A DNA stretch of 58,127 bases, counting the filler, from Jimgerdemannia flammicorona (taxonomy: Eukaryota): assembly GCA_003990765.1 (NCBI GenBank). It is 2 parts of 2 records of this genome, joined end to end, with 100 filler letters (N's around TTAATTAATTAA, not from the genome) between each part and the next. Parts side by side here need not be neighbours in the genome. Positions count along the whole stretch, not along the records: positions 29,117 to 58,127 come from RBNJ01000529.1; 1 more part is not named here. One strand, given 5' to 3'. This document shows positions 48,856 through 58,127 of the stretch, piece by piece; positions within the stretch are counted from its first letter, which is position 1; each line of letters starts with the position of its first letter. The position numbers were made by a program, and so were the translations under genes. Below the pieces are notes generated by a model. That model made no database searches. It worked only from the letters and a program-made list of their open reading frames with translations, and was not told the DNA's origin.

Positions 48856-51538
48856 GTATGTAGAAGGTAGTGGAACATAATAGAATATTCAAGAAATTTC
48901 AAGAAAAGACTAACTAAAAAGATATGAAAATATACTAATATAAAATATAGTTGTGAAATTATTATAAATAATTTTAACAATTTAATTCTCTAGTAGTTTT
49001 AGACTTATTATAATATATAATCTATATTTAATAATATTGAATATTAGATATTATTAAAATTATAAATATAATTTAGAAAGTTATAGAAGTTAAAATTAAA
49101 ATATCTGTAATAATTAGTTCTTTTTTACAACTTTAGTTAATTAAAACAAATCTTAACTTAAGACTATAAAGTAATAAAAGAACAGTAATTCTATTGAAAA
49201 ACCTTATTTAAAAGTATACTACAATAACTATATATTTAAAAAGTATTATGAAATTTATATTAGAGATTATAGCTCAGTTTAATATTTATTACTAACTCAG
49301 ATAAGAAAAGTAATATCTGCTATACATATTTATATAGAAAATATTACTACTATTATAAATACACCAATTAAGTAATATTATTAAGAAAATTAGACACTAT
49401 GATAAAAAGTAGGAATGAGAAATCTAATTTATTAAGATTTAAGAAGAATATTTATAAAAAATCTTATAAAAGATCCCTAAAAAGAACTTAGAGATATTTA
49501 TTTAAAATCTTACAGAAGAATAATTAATGTAGTTATAAAAAGTAAATATATATCTAAAGAAATAAATTAAACTATAGAGTCCAAATAAATAAGTAGCTAA
49601 AGATATTATTTAAAAATTCTACTTTAACTAGTAAAGAAGTTAAAATAAAAAGATATTCAAATATAACATCTTTAAGTAGTATATATTTAGAATTAATTAA
49701 ATTAAATTAAATTAAATATATTATTAATTCAATTTAATTCAAAATATTTAAATTAAATAAAGAATAAATTCTATCTAAAGTTCAATTTAAATCTAAATTT
49801 TCCAAAATTCATTAATATAATAAAAAATATAATTTTATTTTATTAGATAAAACAATAATCGTTAATATAGTAAAGAAGATTAAATTTGATATAATTTAAA
49901 TTACATAATTTAATTTATTAATAAATACTATTTTAAAAATAATATCTATAAATATTTCAGATCAAAAAAAAAAAAAATCAATATAATTCTTAAACAATTG
50001 ATTGAAATCGCTAGCTTAAAATAAAAAATAAAATTAGACTAATCTAAATTATTAAATACCAAGACTGAGAGATATATAGTAGAAGTCAATAATATTCAAA
50101 AAGAATTTAATAAAGAGAAAAAAGATAAAAAAGCAATTATTGATATAAAAGCTAAGAATATCTTCTTAGTAAGAAAGAGGTGAACTGAGTAGATTGAAAA
50201 ATTGAAAAATTTTAAAAATTGATATTTTTTATAATAAATAGTACTAGTAATCTATATTGGAGAAAAATCTGAAATATATATTTCTATTAAATTTAGAGAA
50301 GAAATTATCTCTATAGATATAGTTATAAGAGTTTGAGTTGGACTTTATATTATATATAATATATTAGTATAATAAATAATATGGCTATCAGAGATTTAAA
50401 AAGCAAAAAAAGATCAATAAAATATATAACTAGCTAGAAAGAAATCAAATAAAGTGAATATAGTAACTATCCTAGAATAGAGCTAAATAAATTATAAAAG
50501 AACAGATTGATAACTTAATATCAACTACTTAATATAAAATAAATAATTTAATATATAGTCTTAACAATAAGAGAACAAACTGAGGTAAAAAAAAAATAAA
50601 ATAAAAATTAAAAAATATATAATTTTAAATTACTAAAGTATTTCCATAATTTAGTAAAAAAAAGGTCTACTATAAGATAGCTATTAAAATTATATATATA
50701 TTGATATATATATTGTAGAATAATTTATAAAAAGTATAAATAAGATAAGTATATAGCTTATTTGGCTACTTATTATTAAAAAAATAGTTTAATTATTCAA
50801 AACTAGAATTTTCTTTAAAAGTAAAATATGTACTATCATAAAGACTATATATATATATATATAACTAGAGTAGAACTGATTACTATAGAAGTCATTATAA
50901 GATTGATTAAATAGCAATAATATATATTAGATAAGTATAAATCCTATAAGCTTGAATAAAAAGAAAAGAATATAGTAAACTCTATATAATTATAAGTAGC
51001 TATAAGATATAATATATTGAATTAATATCTGAAAATAAAAGCCAATTTCAATAATAGTTAATTCTGAAGAAAGGACTAAAGAAGTAGAGTAAGTAAAAAT
51101 TATATATTTAAAAATCAAGATTTTAGTATAAATTAAGAAATTCAATTAAGAAAAACTGATCAATAATAGACTTAGAAGATATATAATAAAATACTCAATA
51201 AGAGAGGTAATAAAATTATTATTTAACTTATTACCCTAGTTTAGATAAGTTTAAAATATATAGTAGAGATTAAAAGTCTAAAAATTATACTATTAAATCA
51301 TAGATTAATAAAAAAAAAAAAAAAAAACTAATAGTCTATTCAAAGACTAACTTAGAATACTTTAATATCTAAACTAAAAATATTAGAAAATATAAAGTCT
51401 AAAAAGAAAAAGATTATATTTTAAATTAAAATCTAATAAAAGTATTTATAATAACAAGAATAATAAGTAGTGATTAGAGAAGACTATATATAAGTATAGT
51501 AGAATTTAAGAATTTTACATTAGCTATATACTACAATA

Positions 51539-51575
51539 TAGGGTTAGGGGTTAGGGTTAGGGTTAGGGTTTGGGT
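51539..51575 (+). repeat. Interstitial telomere-like (TTAGGG)n tract, 5-6 units
   Basis: TAGGGTTAGGGGTTAGGGTTAGGGTTAGGGTTTGGGT. Confidence 0.85.
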
Positions 51576-52899
51576 CATGATTAGGCCTCAATAAATTATT
51601 TGTTCATTATAAAGAATGAAAGATATATTGGTGTAAAAAATGAGAAGCTACTAATATGAGAAATGAAAATCAGTAAAAAATATTTTAGATATATACTATT
51701 AATAAAAATAATTAATAATATATACTATTTTAATAATATAAAAAGCAAAAATGACCAGCTGGTAAATTATTTTAACCTAGCTATAAGGAAAATAAATTTG
51801 TAAAGTAAAAGTAAAAGAAACTAATTAGTATATTATTTATTTACTAAAGACTAATTATATATATAATTATTAATAACTAAATACTAAGTAACTAATATAA
51901 ATAAATAATTTAATATATTATTAATAATAAGAGAACTAACCAAAGTGGACAAGAAGAGAGAAGAAAAGGAAAAAAATATCCAATTATATAATATCTAAGT
52001 AACTTTATAATTTTGATTAGACAAAACCCAACTATAAAATAACTACTAGAATTATATATAGTATTGATTGTATGATAGGCTGTCTTATAAATAAAATAAA
52101 GAGAGTATGCATAAATTTCCTCCTACTGTTCTTCATTAGTATATCAGTTAAGTTTATAACTAAAGAAAACAGAAATGAACTTTTAAAAAGACTATATCTA
52201 TAAAGACAGGAGTGATATTGGTCCAAAAATAGTTATAATGTGAGGTAAGTATAGAATATATAGACTGAGAGAGAAGAAAAGAATATGGTCTACCTCTTGT
52301 GATACAAATTACTATATAGTATTATATATTAAAAAAATATCTGAAAAGAGAAGACCTTTTTCTACAATAGTTAATTCTGAAGAGAGGTCTAGAGAAAGGA
52401 GTAGAGTAGATAAGTAAAGATAAAGATCTCTGTACTAGTTAAGGAAGTTAAGCCAGAAGATCTAATTCTGAAACTTATTAATAATAGAACCCAGAGAATA
52501 TATAATAAAGTACTTACTAAAAGAGCCAATGAGGTTATTGTCAGACTTGTAATACTAATTCAAATAGGCTTAAAATATACAACAAAGGTTCAATATATAT
52601 AGAAAATGGAAAAAAGGCTGAGAATTAAACCATAAGTAAGGGTCTACTGGAGAACTTAATTATCTAAGTAATAGTATATATCATTAAAGACCTTCTTAAG
52701 ATATTTTTATATCTAAAGCCCTATAGTAGTAGCTAAATTAAAAGTATGAAGGAGGAGAAGACTATATTCTAGCTAAGATCTAATGAATGTTCTTATAATA
52801 ACCAATTTAACTATAGCAACTAGAGGAGATCTTAGATATAGCAAAAGTAAGATATTAGCTATATTCTATAATGTAAGATTAATAAAATTAAACTCTTTA

Positions 52900-54420
52900 T
52901 TAGTATATAGTATACCTAGATATATATAAGAGCAGAGTTATAGATATAGCTATCCCCCCAATAAGTATAGTATAGTTAGCTAGATTAATATTATCATACT
53001 TCTTAGAATTGAGCTCTATACTATTTATCTTGAGATACTTTATATATATGAAAGTCAACTATTCTTTAACTCTTAGTAGTAGTTTAAGAAGTAAGATTGA
53101 TATTAACTATAAAGAATAAGCTAAGAGAAAAGTTATACTTTTTAAACCAGTCATTTAAGGAAATGGCAAGAAGATTAATAAAGATAATAAAGAGTTAAGG
53201 AGAAAGAATTGAGTTCTAGATAGAGGAGTGACAAGACTATTAATAATTATCTAATAAGAATATAATTAAATAGACTTTATATAATATTAAAGAGGGCTGT
53301 ATTTATTTAAAAATCACCATCTCTAATAATATTCAGATTACACAGCTCTCTGATAATACTCATAATATAGTTTTGGAGAAATTATATTAGTAATATAGTG
53401 AGCGACAAGTATTCTGAGATATATATTGAGCAGGAGAGCCTAAGTACATTCAACTGGCAATATGTTAGAAGGGGCCCTGGCTTGGGAGAAAGCATGAGTA
53501 GAATACTAGTGGAAGAATGCAGAAGAAGAGAAAGTAGTAATAGAGGATAGGAGATTGGAAGGATAAGCTTTGTAGATATAGTGAAGGGGAGATAGCCAAT
53601 AACTAGATTGGAGGGTTGACTGAGGAGGGACAAAGGGGTGGCAAAGATGACAATGCAGTAGCTACAGAGAGGAGTCTCTCTGGAGAGCCAAAGTAGTGGG
53701 ACCAGTAGTATAGTAGTTAAGAGAATGGCTGCTAATAGTATTATACAGATATATAATCTAAAAAAAAAAACTAGATAAGACTGCTGATGGTAGACTGAGT
53801 TATAGGAGTATATAAGGCCTAATAACCTAACTGATGGTATAATAGGCCTAGTAGTAGTCCTATTACTCAAGAAGTCAATTTCAGAGTTTGTGATTATCTT
53901 GTGCTTCTGAGACTTAGTAGTGATAGTGAAAATGATCTTAGGGCTGATTGCTAAGCAGATGAATAGTATAGTATCTATTAAGTTTCTGAGGGATCTAAAA
54001 GAGATAGAAATGAGCTTTAAGGAGACAGAACTATTAGAAAGTATGCTGAAGGCTATATTGACTATTGGAGAGATATGTGTTTTAATAAAACATTGCTTAA
54101 GGTGAGATCCCAGAGTGATATAGCTTCTGGTGAAAGGGGTTTGACTATAGTAGAGATGAGAAGGAGAGTTAAAGAAGTTATAGCCAGTATGGCAAGGTAG
54201 TTGATATAGAGTTCATGGTCTGAGACAGGACCTCATTCTAGATAGAGAATATTGATATCTGGATTTAGTTGATAAAGAGAGAGACTGTTAGTAAGTCTCA
54301 TAATTAGTCCTTAGTGATAGTATGAGGAGTCTTTATAGACAAAGTGATGAGAGTAAAGAGAAGTGAGAAGGAGGAAGAGAACCTTTTAGAGATACTAGTT
54401 GAGTGATATAGTAGTATTAT
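52900..54420 (-). mobile_element. Possible LINE ORF1/endonuclease remnant
   Basis: Strong purine strand skew; LTYCQLNVLRL...FLQN resembles the start of an APE domain. Confidence 0.35.
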
Positions 54421-56264
54421 CTACTATCTGCTAGCTGATAGGCTATAAATTCTAACCCAGACTATATTGGTACTCTATATTCTCACTAATGTTAAAGTTT
54501 AATAGTTAGGAGCTACTCAGTAATAGTCTGTTCCACTATCATATTGATGAACCCCAGTATATCTCTCTTTTATCTTCTTATCAGTATAGGCTAATATAAA
54601 GAGCTCTATCTATCAATCTCTACTAAAATCTCTTAGACTGTAGATATTTACTATCATCTGGTCCAACTATTGATAACAAATCACCTGAGGATCCTCTGGA
54701 GGAGAACCTCAATTTTCAGATCCTCTATATTAGTAGTAACTACTCACTACCCTACAGCTCAACAGCTCTCTTAAGCCACTAAGTTTAAGATAGTATAATC
54801 TCTTCTAGAAGTCCACCAGACCCAGACCTCTCCTCTCTACAGATATCACTAAGCTATCTATCTCTGCTTTCTAGTCCAGATCTAGTCTTTAGCTATCTTT
54901 AATAATCTTTTTATTACTTAAGCTAGAAAGTATAAGTAATATATCAGATACTATAACTTTGACAACTGGTAAATATTAAGAATTATCATATATCTTACTA
55001 AAGAGATATGTATAGTATTCTCTTTAGCTCCAAAGGATCTCTCTTCAGATAACTACCTTTCTCTCCCACTAGGTCTTTGGCAAAACTGACCCATATATTA
55101 ATAAGAAGATATCCAGATAGTACACTATTTCTTCTGCTGAAATAATAGTCTCAATGATGTCTTCTTATTATCTTTTATATTAATCAGTTATATATTAGTA
55201 ATCAGACTGTTTTAATAGATTTTCATTAGTATAAATATCTTTAACTATATATTTATACATATATATATATATATATATCTCAGTAAACTATAATAATAAA
55301 AGTAGTCTAGAGACTGATTATATTAATAACTACTTTAATTATTATAACTTATTAAGAAATAGAATATAAGTAATATTTATTCAATTATATATTATATATA
55401 TATTATAATAATTATATTATATAAATAATCTATATATATAATATAAATCATTTTATTTATATAACTTAACTCAAGTTCAGAATTAAGTTTAGAGTCATAT
55501 TTAGGAGTTAGGTTTAGAGTTGAATAAACAGTAAATAATAAGTTATATTAATGATAGATTATATATTTTTTTAAGTCAGAATAAAGATAGATTATAATTT
55601 TTTTCAAGTTAAATTAAAGATAGGTAATTATTTAAGATTAGTTTTTTTTCCAGATTGAGTTTTGAGTTCATCAGGTCTAGTTTTAGAGTACTAATTATAG
55701 TTTTTTGTAAACTTAAGTTGTTTAATATTTACTATTTATTTCTAACTAGTTCTAACTAGTTTAGTATTATTACTAGACTTAAACTGCTTATAAAGAATCT
55801 CTTTGAATATTGCTCAATCTTAAGAGATATTATAATATAATTATATTACTAGATAACTATATTTTTTAGAGAAGTATAGTAGTAAATTAGACTTATATAT
55901 CTGTTTTTATTCTTAGAAGCTCCAAATAATAATCTAATAAAAGATTCATATATATATCAGTAGATAGCCTTTCTTAGTAACTATTGATAGTATTTAATTT
56001 GAGTAACTTAAAACTGCAAGATATTATTATAAAATGAGCCATTTTAGTTATATAGTTTATTTTTAATTATTCTAGTGATATTTATAGATTTTAGATCAGA
56101 TATACTATTATAGTAATTATTTCTTTAGAATGATCCATATTTTTAGATTTATCTCATTTATTATAAAGAGGTCCAAATAATTGACTAGTTTTCAAAACTA
56201 GTTATAACTGATTTTTGAATTTAATAAAGTTTTCTAATAAGTTAAGATATAACTTCACTACTTT

Positions 56265-56665
56265 TACGAACTAGTTTCTTTAAGAGAAAGTAAATAAATT
56301 GAAAAGTTCTAGTAAATCTAAAGTAGCTTTAAGAGATACTTAAAGATTTGAATTTCTAGAAAAAATAAGCTAAGCTTTATTTAAGTAGAAAAAGAGAATA
56401 TTTATATAAACTATAAAAGAAAGATCTAGATTGATTTTAGAAATAAAAAAATAGTCAAGAAATCTGTTTTTGGTAAAAATAACTAATAGAATTCTATAAT
56501 ATTTTAAAAAATTCTATAACTAACTAAGATACTTAGTATAAAGAAAGAATAGAAATTTTTAATATTAAGAATGTATTTTAAAGCATTTGAAAAAATTAAA
56601 ATATTATAGATTATTTAAGAAAAGATAGAAAAAGACTAGAGAAAAGATTTAAAAATATATTATAA
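56265..56665 (-). repeat. More heavily mutated LTR related to the gypsy A LTR
   Basis: Shares CTAAAGTAGCTT.AAGAGATACTTAAAG, AAAGAAAGATCTAGA and TTCTAT.ACTA.CTAAGATA with 44590-44815. Confidence 0.7.
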
Positions 56666-57499
56666 CTAAGATATAACCAAAAAATTATTACAATTAAGAA
56701 GAAAAATAAGAAAAGATAAGAAATATAATTTTAGAAAAGAGATAAATACTTTTAATAAATTTTGCAGATATATAAAAAAGAAAATTTCAACTAGATAATT
56801 TACTTAAAACATATTTCCAAAAAAAAAAACAAAAAATAATTTAAGAAATAATTATTATAAATAAAAAAAAAATTAGAATTATGTAATTTAATCTTAATTA
56901 AATTATATAATAATAATCTATAAATTTAATTTTTTTAATGAATAATTATTTTAAAATTTATACAGTATTATAAAATTATACAGTATTTTTATTTTAAGAA
57001 CTATGACTAGTAGTCAAAATTTGATCTAATTTTATAAAAGTCTCTCTTTTAAAACTATAGAGAGACATCAAAACAAATTAATAAAAATTCTGAATTAATA
57101 ATATTATAATAAATCAATCAATAAACATATCACAAAAACCATTTTTTAATATATATATTTTTTTCATTGTATTCTATGCTTTTAAAGTTCACTGAAGGTT
57201 ATGCTTGGCTGAGTTGGGGTATGCTGCGGCTGAAGTGTTCAAGGTGTTTGGAACGTCGTTTTCTGCCGTCTAATCGTTCGGGAGGTAATAGCCGGTCACG
57301 TGATCTCGGTACGTCGAATTGTTTGGGTAATACTTAATTATATCTACCCAAGTGGCAACATCGAGTCAAGCAAAAAAACACAGAAGATACAAATTACACA
57401 CAACACTATATCATAAAACATTTACTTATTATTATAGCTGAGTGATGTACACAAAAAAGAAAGCTAAATGACAATGTGCGCCAGCCTAACACACCATCC

Positions 57500-58101
57500 T
57501 CACCCCACCAGCTCGCACTTAAGGCTGAGCGCGATGAACGAAAGCATGATAGCATTCTCCTCCACGGCTTATGTGACAAATAATAAAACGAAGGTCAGGA
57601 AGAATGAGCATGGCTAAATATCCACACGCCACAACGTCCTCCCCAACAACGACGACAACAATAATAAATAAAAACAGACCTTTGTTTAATGCCTTGCCTC
57701 CACCATGGCCAGTCCCCGTCTCGATGCGGATGAGGCCCGGGTTCATGTGGCCCAGTGTGTTTTGCAGGACGTGCTGGAGCTGAGCGGCATACTTGAAGGA
57801 GTGGAGCGGAACGCTGGGGGAGGACGGATATTAATGAGAGGGAGGGGTAGGGTAATGTATGAACGTGACCGTAGCATCCAAAAATTTCGGCGAGGCACCC
57901 AGATTGCAAAAGATCCTCTACTTACACCCGATCGTCATGATCGGACGTCATGATGAGGATAGATGGATAGGGCTTGCCCGGCTCGAGGTTGTGGTAGGGC
58001 GAGTACTTGTAAATGTAATCGAAGTCCTCCTTCGCGTCTGGGTCGCCGTAATCGCGGCGCCACTGCGATCCGATGGTGAATTTGTGGAAGCGGAGCATGT
58101 C
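57500..58101 (-). CDS. Prolyl oligopeptidase (S9A), last three exons; the gene continues beyond the window
   Basis: Exons 58101-57926, 57813-57680 and 57567-57500 give [21 protein letters not shown]...YSPYHN...[14 protein letters not shown]...[14 protein letters not shown]...LVG*. Catalytic Asp and His present; GT-AG introns. Confidence 0.93.
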
Positions 58102-58127
58102 CTAAAGAATTTCTTCTTGTCAGTAAA

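Larger units (their letters stand above)
33633..48941 (-). mobile_element. Degenerate Ty3/gypsy LTR retrotransposon A, fragmented by nested insertions
   Basis: 5' LTR ~48941-48860 plus 44881-44535, and PBS. Gag 44445-43370 (PMDLD...LTPEEK...knuckle). Protease VLIDSRAIGNFI ~42995. RT SKSPYGSPVLF ~41140 and YLDNILIF ~40785. RNase H VTTDASNFAIGAVL ~33960 and IITDHQSL ~33765. The frame resumes across each insertion. Confidence 0.85.
48942..57180. mobile_element. Extremely AT/TpA-rich mosaic of decayed repeats
   Basis: Almost no CpG and little CpA/TpG. Internal duplicated segment (~50980-51430 vs ~52300-52790), plus LINE-like and LTR-like remnants. Confidence 0.65.

Noticed and set aside
51539..51575. 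True chromosome end
   Set aside because: Only about 6 units, with sequence continuing on both sides.

Overview
Eukaryotic DNA, almost certainly fungal (about 100-nt GT-AG introns, TTAGGG repeats). Gene content suggests an early-diverging Mucoromycota-like fungus, but that is inference. The window has two sharply bounded compartments. (1) A CpG-normal gene region (~920-22600) holds a 3-exon, ~2800-aa protein with two sacsin/Hsp90-like GHKL repeats and a C-terminal BTB domain, broken by a 1-nt frameshift at ~3207. It also holds a stand-alone vwkA-type VWA gene with a degenerate MIDAS, a Ser-rich double-zinc-ribbon gene, two probable gene relics and small tandem repeats. (2) A ~34.5-kb nested transposon block (~22620-57180) is almost devoid of CpG and progressively TpA-rich. 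It contains L1/Tx1-like LINEs and a Ty3/gypsy element, into which two inverted copies of a cargo-carrying hAT transposon, a truncated LINE and a non-autonomous LTR element with an extra 3' ORF have inserted (TSDs visible for three insertions). An interstitial telomeric tract and an artificial 100-nt N/TTAATTAATTAA linker also lie in this block. The window ends in the 3' exons of a prolyl oligopeptidase gene. The strongest candidates for something new are repeat-restricted C-to-T hypermutation (CpG then CpA, RIP-like), a hAT family carrying two extra genes plus a hairpin repeat array, and the sacsin-BTB/VWA/zinc-ribbon neighbourhood.
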